Assembly: GCA_038727515.1 (NCBI GenBank) | Contig: JAVYVS010000001.1 | Span: 96,001-160,000, forward strand | Length of the DNA: 64,000 nt | Direction of reading: 5' to 3' | DNA from: Candidatus Methanomethylicia archaeon | Lineage (GTDB): Archaea > Thermoproteota > Methanomethylicia > Culexarchaeales > Culexarchaeaceae | Shown: in pieces, positions 1 through 10,012 of the stretch | How the letters are laid out: the number at the start of each line of letters is the position of its first letter | Position numbering within the stretch: the stretch's first letter is position 1 | Program-made: the position numbers and the translations under genes | The notes under the pieces: generated by a model | What the model was told of the DNA's origin: nothing | Databases searched by the model: none | Seen by the model: the letters and a program-made list of their open reading frames with translations, nothing else

Positions 1-1
1 G

Positions 2-679
2 AACTCTTTAAACGCCGTCCAAAAACTGAGGGAAAGATTTAGTTTTCCATCAGAATTTAAGGGCTTTTATCAGAAAAAGAACTATTTAATACCTTCATTG
101 GTCACCGCTAGTAGGAGCTTCTGTATATATTTCACCCATTATATGTTCCCACTTTATGCAGTAATGGGGAGATCTGCAGAGTTGCTGGAGGAAGTAGCTA
201 AAGAATCGAAGTGGATAGTGAGTAATGATGAAAAAAGAGAAAAGGATGCGCTCATCCTTGTGTATAGCCCAAGGGGTGGTGAAGCCTACTCTTTATTACC
301 CCTTTCAGACATTAAGGTTCCAGATCAGAATCTAGCTAAAAGTTTAAAATATATAAATGAGCTTATCTCAAACATGGAGGAAAGCCGTGAATTTTCATTC
401 TCACTAATATATGACTTTAACGAAAACTTCCAGACAATCAAATTACTTATTAACAGGAATAGTAGGGACTTATTGGAAAAGCTAATGAAAACGATCTTTG
501 AAAGGAATCTTAAAATACAGGATAAACAACAGCGTAAGAAAGTAATTGAAAGTTGGGTTAAAAGACTTATGGAAGATTATGATGTATTATGTAAAATAGA
601 TGTAGATATGATCACTTTCTTAGAACAGTTCTTCTCAACTCTGATGCTTTATAGATCCGCTCTAAGGGGTGTGGAGTAA
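2..679 (+). CDS. cas10: Cas10/Cmr2, C-terminal part (5' end outside the window)
   Basis: Frame is open from base 2 (NSLNAVQKLRERF...SFCIYFTHYMFPL), resembling the Cmr2 region after the GGDD motif; abuts cmr3. Confidence 0.8.
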   Translation, partial: NSLNAVQKLRERFSFPSEFKGFYQKKNYLIPSLVTASRSFCIYFTHYMFPLYAVMGRSAELLEEVAKESKWIVSNDEKREKDALILVYSPRGGEAYSLLPLSDIKVPDQNLAKSLKYINELISNMEESREFSFSLIYDFNENFQTIKLLINRNSRDLLEKLMKTIFERNLKIQDKQQRKKVIESWVKRLMEDYDVLCKIDVDMITFLEQFFSTLMLYRSALRGVE

Positions 680-1743
680 TGAGTGAGGTAGTATCAATGA
701 GTTTCAGAATACTCGAACCAATGATGTTTCGCGGCCCAGGGGAATTTGATCCATATGTTAGAGGTACCTATAGTAGAGCCACAACTTTAGCAATGCCCTC
801 CCCCTCAACAATAGCAGGCGTTCTAGCAACGTACTGTATTTCAGTATTAGGTATACCCGCACCCAGCTATGGAGACTGGCTTGAACGATATCATGCTGTC
901 TTAGGAAACGACGTACGAATAAAAGGGCCGTTAATTAAGTTTAATGGTAAGATTATGGCTGAAGATAAATTACTTAATGGTTTTCTAGAAATGGAAAAGG
1001 TAAAGCAAAAATGTGAAATGGAATATAAGAAGCTAGCTAATAAGCCTAATCTACTAGAGAAACTCTATGAGCATCTTAGTGGGAAAAAGGAAAAATTTAA
1101 GCCTAGCATCAAGCTGAGGAAAGATGTAAGAATAGGTGTTGGACTAGAGATAAGAGGAGATGTTCCTATGAAGAGTGTGAAAGAAGGTTTCATTTATACT
1201 GCTGAATACATAGATTATATGAGAATTACGAACAAGAAACCTAAGAGAACTTCCGTGGAAATTGTAGCAGAAATCAGAGGCAAACTCGTTGAAAATTTAC
1301 TTTCAATCCGAGCACTACCTGTTAAGTTAGGTGGAGAAGGCAGAATAGCTCTTCTTTCCTTCCAAAGTGGAGAAAGAATTCTAGAAGAGATTAAAAAGTT
1401 TTGGAAAGATCAAGAAAGATATCAAGGACTCTTAGCTTTGTACTTAGCTACTCCAGCTCTCTTTAAAGGAGGTAAAAGAGTGGAAGAATACGTGAAAAAC
1501 TGGGTGAAACATATTAATTGCAGATTTATGGGTATTAGTGGAGAATCTACAGTACTTGGCGCTGGTTTCATGATAGATGAGAAAAGAAGAAAACCAATTT
1601 ACACTTCGTTAAATCCCGGCAGTATCATATTTGTAGAGGGAAGTTTAAATCTTCTAGAAATTTATCGAGACAAACTACTAGGTGAAGCTAGCACATTAGG
1701 TTATGGTACCATTCTACCTATACCAATTACACCTATTAATTAA
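679..1743 (+). CDS. cmr3: Type III-B Cmr3 (Cas5 family)
   Basis: LEPMMFRG, PSPSTIAG, KLGGEGR, LYLATPALF and C-terminal LGYG motifs. Confidence 0.88.
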   Translation: MSEVVSMSFRILEPMMFRGPGEFDPYVRGTYSRATTLAMPSPSTIAGVLATYCISVLGIPAPSYGDWLERYHAVLGNDVRIKGPLIKFNGKIMAEDKLLNGFLEMEKVKQKCEMEYKKLANKPNLLEKLYEHLSGKKEKFKPSIKLRKDVRIGVGLEIRGDVPMKSVKEGFIYTAEYIDYMRITNKKPKRTSVEIVAEIRGKLVENLLSIRALPVKLGGEGRIALLSFQSGERILEEIKKFWKDQERYQGLLALYLATPALFKGGKRVEEYVKNWVKHINCRFMGISGESTVLGAGFMIDEKRRKPIYTSLNPGSIIFVEGSLNLLEIYRDKLLGEASTLGYGTILPIPITPIN

Positions 1744-1870
1744 GCATCGAGAATCATAAATCTTTTTCGCCTCTTCACAATCTTTCGGAAATTCTTTACA
1801 CAAATTATGTCATTGGTAAAAAGAAAAGATTATAAAATGAGAAAATTTAAAGATTATACACATTTTCTAA

Positions 1871-4800
1871 CCTTCAATACCCTTTGTTAGGTTCGGATGA
1901 CCCAAGAGAAAACTACATAATAACCTACATTTTCTTTCAATACCCTTTGTTGGGTTCTCAAGCTTGATGAACATTGAAGGCTGAAAACAATCCATAACTT
2001 TCAATTCCCTTTGTTGGGTTCTGCTGCTTTCAACTCTGACGCTGCCAATGCCTATACATTGCTTTCAATTCCCTTTGTTGGGTTCAAATACTATTAGTAC
2101 ATAGTATGTTTTGGGGTGATTAAACTTTCAATTCCCTTTGTTGGGTTCTCCACTCGAAAACAAGCACGATAGTTCACTCTGCAGTGAACCTTTCAATTCC
2201 CTTTGTTGGGTTCTGACTACATACAGTATTTGTTTCAAATCCGAAACCAGTACTTTCAATTCCCTTTGTTGGGTTCCCTTGAGCGTGCTCGTGAAGGCTG
2301 AGCTGAACCTGTCTTTCAATTCCCTTTGTTGGGTTCATACATAAAGGCGGTGGTGTAAAATGAGTGTAAATATATCCTTTCAATTCCCTTTGTTGGGTTC
2401 GCCTGAGTATGTACGTGAAGAAGCTAAAAGGATTTTAGAAGGCTTTCAATTCCCTTTGTTGGGTTCCCAGACTTCGATAATAGTGGATACAGCTTCATTG
2501 GACTTCTTTCAATTCCCTTTGTTGGGTTCACCGAGAAAGAACCAATCTATTATAAAACTGCTACGAATACTTTCAATTCCCTTTGTTGGGTTCTAGCCTT
2601 CAAACCTAACCTTGCCAATAGGCTTATATATCTTTCAATTCCCTTTGTTGGGTTCAGGTGATTATCTAGTAATTGAAGTGGAATCAAGATTTGACTTTCA
2701 ATTCCCTTTGTTGGGTTCCTAATAGTTAAGAAGCATGCATTGACAAGCAGACATGTACTTTCAATTCCCTTTGTTGGGTTCCTACATTTACCGATACAAC
2801 AAAAAGTGGGTGGTCCAATTCTTTCAATTCCCTTTGTTGGGTTCTGCATTAATAATAGTCATAAACGCTACTACAGCATCAAATGCTTTCAATTCCCTTT
2901 GTTGGGTTCAAGGGGTTACCGAAATGAGTGTTGGAGAAAAAATTCTGCACTTTCAATTCCCTTTGTTGGGTTCAGCCAAAACATGTTTGTGAATATGCCC
3001 ATGACACTCCAAACTTTCAATTCCCTTTGTTGGGTTCGGACGTCATTGGCTTAATATGGCAGTCGTTATTTCTGAGTCCTTTCAATTCCCTTTGTTGGGT
3101 TCTCCTGATGATTTTCTCAACGTTCTTGTATGCAGTTGCATACGCTTTCAATTCCCTTTGTTGGGTTCGCTCCCCCCTCAAATATTCTATTAGTCCCTTC
3201 TCATCTTTCAATTCCCTTTGTTGGGTTCTATAATAGTGAACCACGAACTGTTATCAACATATACTTTCAATTCCCTTTGTTGGGTTCGGGATACTCTGAC
3301 AATCTAGACGACTACGTAATCATCTTTCAATTCCCTTTGTTGGGTTCATAGCTTTCAACAAGTGTTAAACCGCATTTACCTATAATTCTTTCAATTCCCT
3401 TTGTTGGGTTCTTAGACTTGTGGGAACTATAGATTTAATGATTGAAACATACTTTCAATTCCCTTTGTTGGGTTCTGAATTCGAGGGTAACCTTGTCTCC
3501 GTAGCCGTAAAATGGCGCTTTCAATTCCCTTTGTTGGGTTCGAAGTAAAGAGGAATGTTGATTCCAACATCAGATAGGCTTTCAATTCCCTTTGTTGGGT
3601 TCCCTCCTAAGCCTCCACTCTTCCTCCTCCCTCTCCATCCTCCCTTTCAATTCCCTTTGTTGGGTTCGTCACAGATGCAAAGAGGATTGTGCAAGCCTGG
3701 ATGCCTTTCAATTCCCTTTGTTGGGTTCAGACTACTCAGTACAATCCATATTATTCCGCCAATACTTCTTTCAATTCCCTTTGTTGGGTTCGTATAAGTC
3801 CAAGTAAGATTGCAGCTGGAAACATGAATCTTCTTTCAATTCCCTTTGTTGGGTTCGTATGGGCTTCATCTAGCCCCTCCCGAAGGCGAATACGTATTCT
3901 TTCAATTCCCTTTGTTGGGTTCTTATGCCTACACTTATCAAGGGATGCAGCCTACGCCACTTTCAATTCCCTTTGTTGGGTTCTTATTTCATCCACGATC
4001 TCAGCCTTCAAGCCTTCAACGTCTTTCAATTCCCTTTGTTGGGTTCTGTGTCTAACGGGTGGCCGTGGAACGGGTGGCTGGAAGCTTTCAATTCCCTTTG
4101 TTGGGTTCTGGGATGATGTTGGAGTACACTTCCCAGCCACAAAGTATACTTTCAATTCCCTTTGTTGGGTTCATAGAGGTGGGGAGTATTGAGAAGCTTC
4201 TTGCCTACATCTTTCAATTCCCTTTGTTGGGTTCAAAATATTCGGAAGCGAAGTAACCGCAGGCGACGTAGTAGGACTTTCAATTCCCTTTGTTGGGTTC
4301 AAAGTAAAGCTTGAATTATACTATGATAATGAAAAACTATACTTTCAATTCCCTTTGTTGGGTTCAGCATATCTAGACCTAGTGGCTTTATCAGCAATAA
4401 ATCTTTCAATTCCCTTTGTTGGGTTCTAGAAGAGGAAGGAATGGATATAAGTGATTATGTTGTTATCTTTCAATTCCCTTTGTTGGGTTCATGCTCCAAG
4501 CCTTAAGCTTCTGATCGTTTGGCGGCAGACTTTCAATTCCCTTTGTTGGGTTCCATTATTAGTGGTGGAAGCGTTCCAGGCACATTTATCCTCTTTCAAT
4601 TCCCTTTGTTGGGTTCCTCCTCCTAGGATTCTATGGCAGCTGGAGGGATATATATACTTTCAATTCCCTTTGTTGGGTTCATGGCACAGTTGTGGCAGTC
4701 GGATGTCGCCACCGCCGTGCAACTTTCAATTCCCTTTGTTGGGTTCGTTCAAGTGAGACATTGAATACTTTGCTTAACATCATGAACTTTCAATTCCCTT

Positions 4801-5644
4801 TGTTGGGTTCAAGATAATGGTGCTAACGGGATACATGGTTTTAAGAGTATCCTTTCAATTCCCTTTGTTGGGTTCCACCTTTAAACTCATATTTGCCAAG
4901 AGTTTCAACAAGTACTTTCAATTCCCTTTGTTGGGTTCTGGCTAGAAACGAGATTCAAAAGCATTTTTCAAGGGATGCTTTCAATTCCCTTTGTTGGGTT
5001 CGAACTTCAAGTTCGTGGTATTCGATGAAGTACATCATTCTTTCAATTCCCTTTGTTGGGTTCTTAAAAAGGTAGAGAGGCTTTTAGCAAATAAGTACAA
5101 AGTCTTTCAATTCCCTTTGTTGGGTTCGGAATTATACGTTAAAACTTATAGGGAGGTGTAAGTAGATGGTTACTTTCAATTCCCTTTGTTGGGTTCCTAA
5201 GCCAGTTTCACTAAAATTACACACTACTCGCTGTTCTTTCAATTCCCTTTGTTGGGTTCCTGCACTGTCAATTTCAAGTCCCGTCAACATTAACTTTAAC
5301 TTTCAATTCCCTTTGTTGGGTTCAGGCGAACTACACATTCCAGCTGCTGGGAGAGGTCCTCCACTTTCAATTCCCTTTGTTGGGTTCCCTAACTAGCTCT
5401 GGAACGTTCACGCTTGCAGCGTGGAAGTCTTTCAATTCCCTTTGTTGGGTTCTGATGGTGGGTTCATGGAGGATCCTAAAAGTATTATATAACTTTCAAT
5501 TCCCTTTGTTGGGTTCCACCTCCAAATTTGACTGCGAATCCCTTCCAACCACTCGACTTTCAATTCCCTTTGTTGGGTTCGGCGTCACGGCTTCACCTAT
5601 TATCTTGGCTTCATCCATGACTTTCAATTCCCTTTGTTGGGTTC
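1871..5644 (-). CRISPR. CRISPR array 1, about 60 repeats/59 spacers; repeat GAACCCAACAAAGGGAATTGAAAG (24 nt)
   Basis: CTTTCAATTCCCTTTGTTGGGTTC recurs about every 63 nt; degenerate copies at 1871 and 1934 mark the trailer; ATTGAAAG 3' end and leader position imply minus-strand transcription. Confidence 0.99.
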
Positions 5645-5850
5645 CGATATTATTATTTCTTTTTTTGGTTTAAAAAGGTTTTTCTGATGGTTAATTGTAA
5701 TACACATCATGACACAAACAAAACTTGCATTAAATTAATGATCAAATGTACCAATTCATGATATAGTTCACTATAGAGTTATGCGTAAAATATTCGACAA
5801 TAGACGTAAAAGATTTCGACAATCCATAGTTCACCATAAGATAAACTATA
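5645..5850 (-). promoter_or_regulatory. CRISPR leader 1 with BRE/TATA (about 5669-5684)
   Basis: AT-rich, next to the intact end repeat, near-identical to 35581-35785; minus strand reads GAAAAACCTTTTTAAA about 25 nt upstream of the first repeat. Confidence 0.92.
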
Positions 5851-5857
5851 CTTCCAT

Positions 5858-6526
5858 TTATGTTGTGTTTTTCACAAATAGTTTTGCTATTTTCTTCGAT
5901 TTTAAATGGTATTCTTTCCCTATTTTCTCATATTCTATTAATCCCATTTCAATTAGTTTTTTCACGATTTTATGTACACTACTTTTTGCCATTTTAAGTT
6001 TCTCTGAGAGTTTGCTTATGTTTATCCCCTCATTCTTCATGATGACCTCTAATGCACTTCTATATTCATCTTTTAATGGTGTTTGAATTCTAAAGACTTC
6101 TATTGGAAAGCTTAAGTATCCCTCAAGATTTTCCAATTCAACCTCAATCCTTCCTTCTAAACCAGTCAATATGGCTGCAGTAAGCAATTCGATGATTAAG
6201 CTCCTCATACCACCACTCAAATTGAGAATAACATCATAACCCATGTTTTTAAACTTCTTTAGTTGTTCACCGATCATGTAAACTGAAAGTTCAAAATCCT
6301 TTGTTGGAACTGAAACAACATGTAGACCAACACCCTCAAAATACCTTTTAACAAAATCCATTAAAATTTGTAAAGCCTTCTCCACCTTCTCAACAATGGG
6401 TTCAGCTGTAAAAACAACAATGACATCACCACTAGAAAGACCAGTCCTAAGAATACCACGAATAGCAAAACGCTCATCAAAACCCAAAGTCAAAACCAAA
6501 ACCTTCAAACACAACACCAAAAACAA
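5858..6526 (-). CDS. csa3: Csa3 CARF-wHTH transcriptional regulator (start possibly 6508)
   Basis: TLGFDE, NLSGGMR CARF motif, C-terminal HTH. Confidence 0.92.
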   Translation of the reverse strand: MFLVLCLKVLVLTLGFDERFAIRGILRTGLSSGDVIVVFTAEPIVEKVEKALQILMDFVKRYFEGVGLHVVSVPTKDFELSVYMIGEQLKKFKNMGYDVILNLSGGMRSLIIELLTAAILTGLEGRIEVELENLEGYLSFPIEVFRIQTPLKDEYRSALEVIMKNEGINISKLSEKLKMAKSSVHKIVKKLIEMGLIEYEKIGKEYHLKSKKIAKLFVKNTT

Positions 6527-6638
6527 TAATGGTAAAAGTACAATATAAAATGAACGATCAACAAAAAATATTAATAATGCATAAAAAAGAAAACAATATA
6601 TATTACTAAACTAAGATAATATTGAGGGATGTATTAAA

Positions 6639-7175
6639 ATGAGCGTTCATCAAATTACAGAATTACCTAAAGTTTTAGCATTACTCTTAGTTGAGCAGGG
6701 AAGCTATACATACATTGATAAATTAGCACAATCAGCTTCAAAAGATTTAGCATTATATCATATTAGAGAAGCATTAAGAGATTATCACTCATTATTAAGT
6801 AGAGGTATAAGCAATGATGAAGCAAAAATGACAGCTGACACGATAAATTTCTTAAAGATAGAAAATGAAATAAGAGATATAAATGAGACTTCATCAATTT
6901 CAGGTTTAAGAGAAAAACTTTCCTTTTTGTCAGCACAAGCCTTAGCTGAAGCTGCAAGAATAAGGACTAGGAGTACTTATGGCATTGGTCTTAAAATCTT
7001 AGAGTTTTTCAATAAGAAAGGAATATCTTTCACAGGTGTTGAGGATTTCAGGAAGGCTATAATGGATCAAATAAAAGAAATATCAAAGTCATTAAACATA
7101 GTAGAAGAAGATATTAGTGAAATTGCAGAAAACACATCATTGTTAAAAAGTTTATTAAGAAGAGGTGAAAAATGA
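6639..7175 (+). CDS. csa5: Type I-A small subunit Csa5/Cas11
   Basis: YTYIDKLAQSASKDLALYHIREALRDY; first gene before cas7. Confidence 0.82.
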   Translation: MSVHQITELPKVLALLLVEQGSYTYIDKLAQSASKDLALYHIREALRDYHSLLSRGISNDEAKMTADTINFLKIENEIRDINETSSISGLREKLSFLSAQALAEAARIRTRSTYGIGLKILEFFNKKGISFTGVEDFRKAIMDQIKEISKSLNIVEEDISEIAENTSLLKSLLRRGEK

Positions 7176-8188
7176 TGGTTTACATTTCTTTTAGAGGTAG
7201 AATATGGCTTCAAGCTGAAGCTGCAAACATGGTGGAAAGTGTTGGAAATTATGTTAAACACAGAAGAGTTCCAGTCTTAGTTAAGGAGGAAAATTCATAT
7301 TTGACTTTCTTTGTGCCTGCAATTTCTGGAGAAAGTATTGCACATTGTTATCAAACAATTTTGTCAGAAGAACTTTTAAAGTTAAATGAAGATGTATGTG
7401 ATTTTTGTAAGAAGGGACTATTTATTAAGAGTACTAATGCGGAAGTATATAGGGAAGCGTTCGGGAAAAATCCTCCAAAAGCTGGTAAAACGATAGAAGA
7501 AACCATGAAAGCAATAGACGAAATAGAGCAATCTATAGTGAGTGGGTGTGGTGTCGAAGATATTGGAGGCTTTCTGTATGCTGAGAATCCGAACGTCAAA
7601 AGAACTTCAAACTTCTTTGTGGGATACATGATTCCAGTAAGAGAAGTATTAAAAGGGGTTTCTATAGATCCACAACTTCATAGTAGGTATGCATTGGGAA
7701 CAAAGTTTATACAGGCTGGAGCAGGGGTTGCAGGTCAAATGATCTATTATGTTGAAGTATCATCAGCAGTATTTAACTTCTCATTTGATTTGGATACAAA
7801 ATTCATAGGCAGGTACACATTTCATTCCGATAATTATGGAAAACCTGTAATTAGTGATGATAAAATTAAGAAAAGGATTTTTGCAGCTTTAAATGCATTA
7901 CAGCATTTATTAATAGAGTTTCCAGTGGGGGCTAAGAGGACTAGATTTAATCCCTCAGATATAAGATGGGAATCTTTAGCTATAGCAATATCAGATGATG
8001 TATGGACAATACCCAGTAGTTTCACGCAAGACTATATAAACAGAGGAATAATGAAAAGAGAAAAAGTAAATTATAATACAGTAATTTACACGTATTCTGA
8101 AGAGAAACAAGAGAAAGTTAAATGGTATTCTACACCTGAACATGCAATTATCGATGCAATTAATGATGCAAAGGGTAGAGTTTCATGA
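7172..8188 (+). CDS. cas7: Cas7 (Csa2)
   Basis: ANMVESVGNYVKHRRVP, VPAISGESIAH, DIGGFL, GAKRTRF. Confidence 0.95.
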   Translation: MMVYISFRGRIWLQAEAANMVESVGNYVKHRRVPVLVKEENSYLTFFVPAISGESIAHCYQTILSEELLKLNEDVCDFCKKGLFIKSTNAEVYREAFGKNPPKAGKTIEETMKAIDEIEQSIVSGCGVEDIGGFLYAENPNVKRTSNFFVGYMIPVREVLKGVSIDPQLHSRYALGTKFIQAGAGVAGQMIYYVEVSSAVFNFSFDLDTKFIGRYTFHSDNYGKPVISDDKIKKRIFAALNALQHLLIEFPVGAKRTRFNPSDIRWESLAIAISDDVWTIPSSFTQDYINRGIMKREKVNYNTVIYTYSEEKQEKVKWYSTPEHAIIDAINDAKGRVS

Positions 8189-8967
8189 AGGGTTTCCTTT
8201 TTGATGTAGAATTCAATTGGGGATTTCAAGCTAGAATTGCAGGCATGTCAAAAACATCACCCTCATATATTTTTCCGCCACCAACAAGCATTTTAGGAGC
8301 TTTAAGCGAAGCATACGCCAGAAGAAAAGGTTTAAGTGAGAGTAAAAGTGTGGAAACCATGAATAGGTTATCTACAAAATTATTAGCACTGTCATATAAA
8401 TCTTTAAATGCTATTCCGATAACTTTTCAAGATATTAATAAGATTATTGCCATACGAATCGCAGCTGGTGTTGAATATCCATCGGCAAAAAATGTCTACG
8501 GATCTTTTGATGCACCGGCTAGAGGAAAAACTTTTCTTTCATCAATAGATGGTAGAACACCAACAATAAGAATTATGCTTGTTTTCAAAGATGATATTGA
8601 TATAACATCTGAAGATCTCTGGAAAATTAAAAGAATAGGTAGCAAAGAAAGTATGACTTCTACTGTAAATGTAATTGAAGAAAATCCTAAGATCGTAAGA
8701 GAGCCACCAATTATAACACAATATTTATTTCCGGTGATGGAAGGATTAGAGTATGATTTAGATGGAGAGTATGTAGAGCAAGATTTCGTTCCGGTTATAG
8801 GTCAACAAATAAAGGATTCTCCTTCCACTCTTTACTTATCATCTATGGTTGTAAAACATATAATTGGAGTACCTTTTAGAAATTTCTTTTTCAGGATTAG
8901 GAAATTACCTAAGGGATTTGTCGGTTATGAAATTAATGGGGAGGTGGCTATTGGGATTGAGGGTTGA
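8185..8967 (+). CDS. cas5: Cas5 (type I-A)
   Basis: WGFQARI, SPSYIFPPPTSILGAL, RIGSKES. Confidence 0.93.
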   Translation: MKGFLFDVEFNWGFQARIAGMSKTSPSYIFPPPTSILGALSEAYARRKGLSESKSVETMNRLSTKLLALSYKSLNAIPITFQDINKIIAIRIAAGVEYPSAKNVYGSFDAPARGKTFLSSIDGRTPTIRIMLVFKDDIDITSEDLWKIKRIGSKESMTSTVNVIEENPKIVREPPIITQYLFPVMEGLEYDLDGEYVEQDFVPVIGQQIKDSPSTLYLSSMVVKHIIGVPFRNFFFRIRKLPKGFVGYEINGEVAIGIEG

Positions 8968-10012
8968 AGTAATATCACCTCTAAATTCGTCTATACTTTC
9001 ATCCATGCTTTATGAGGGATTGCTGTTTATTAGGTCTGAATGTGGCGATGATGCAGATTTAGACTGTTTAAAGGAACTATGGGATAAAAAGAAAGACGTA
9101 CATTTCGATTTTGTTGGAAATGATAAAAAATATATTGATTTTATTAAAAATGCAAAAAGTTTTAATGATTTTGCTAAGTATATGAAAAGTATTATTCCTC
9201 AAGACTTAAACATCTATGTAAGTGTAAATCCTAAATTGCAACGTGTCTTTGTTGGATCAAAATCATTTGTTGAAAGTGGTAGAAAAAGTTATTCATTACA
9301 AATAATGAAGGTTGATAGATATATGGGCATTACAAGTACAGAACTTGGCATTACAAACAAAGAGGTAACAGTATATGCTGATTTAAATGGTATATACTTA
9401 TTCTTCTTAGGGTTGATTTCAGCATATCTTACTTCAATAAGAGGAAAAGGAGTTAATGATTATTATTTCTTATTTTTTGATACAGGTGTACTTCCGTTTA
9501 TACTTAGAAACCCTAAGAATTGGATGGTAATAAAGGAAAATATAGCCAATGAACTAAAGGATGTCTTAAACAAGTTGAAAAGTGTAGTGGATGAAATCAT
9601 AACGTTATCCGTGCTTTTGAATTCATTTGCGGTAAAAAGCATCAAAGAGCAAAATGTAAGATTCACAAGTCTAAGATTGGTAAAACTGAGTAACGAAGGG
9701 AACACATACAAAGTATATAATGATATGCCATTAGAAATATTTGTTGATCAAAAGATTTATATGAATGAAAAAGTTGTTGAAACGCTTCAGGGGGTCTTAA
9801 AAACATTAATTGATCCTGCATCTAAATTTGTAAATGGTGTTGACCAACAGGGCGATGGATATCATGCCTATATGGCACTAAAATATCTGTACAGCTATGT
9901 GATGACAGGTAATAGTGAATATCTCGAAAAATGTTTTAGAGAAATTCATGAAGCAGATAGAATAAATCCAGAAAAAGGATATCTACTATGGGCCTCAAAG
10001 AAGCTTATTTGA
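8957..10012 (+). CDS. cas8a: Cas8a large subunit (start likely TTG at 8951 or 8957 after GAGGTG)
   Basis: Position between cas5 and cas3', size, VGNDK and LQIMKVDRY segments; ORF-track start 8864 overlaps cas5. Confidence 0.72.
   Translation: MRVEVISPLNSSILSSMLYEGLLFIRSECGDDADLDCLKELWDKKKDVHFDFVGNDKKYIDFIKNAKSFNDFAKYMKSIIPQDLNIYVSVNPKLQRVFVGSKSFVESGRKSYSLQIMKVDRYMGITSTELGITNKEVTVYADLNGIYLFFLGLISAYLTSIRGKGVNDYYFLFFDTGVLPFILRNPKNWMVIKENIANELKDVLNKLKSVVDEIITLSVLLNSFAVKSIKEQNVRFTSLRLVKLSNEGNTYKVYNDMPLEIFVDQKIYMNEKVVETLQGVLKTLIDPASKFVNGVDQQGDGYHAYMALKYLYSYVMTGNSEYLEKCFREIHEADRINPEKGYLLWASKKLI

Noticed and set aside
2401-2442. Spacer REEAKRIL versus mttB REEVKRIL as self-targeting
   Set aside because: Only loose similarity, with many nucleotide mismatches
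2128-5673. Many short ORFs with FQFPLLGS/LSIPFVGF/FNSLCWV repeats
   Set aside because: They are translations of CRISPR repeats; the same applies to 33784-35623
5781-6086. 101-aa + strand ORF
   Set aside because: Spans the leader and the antisense strand of csa3
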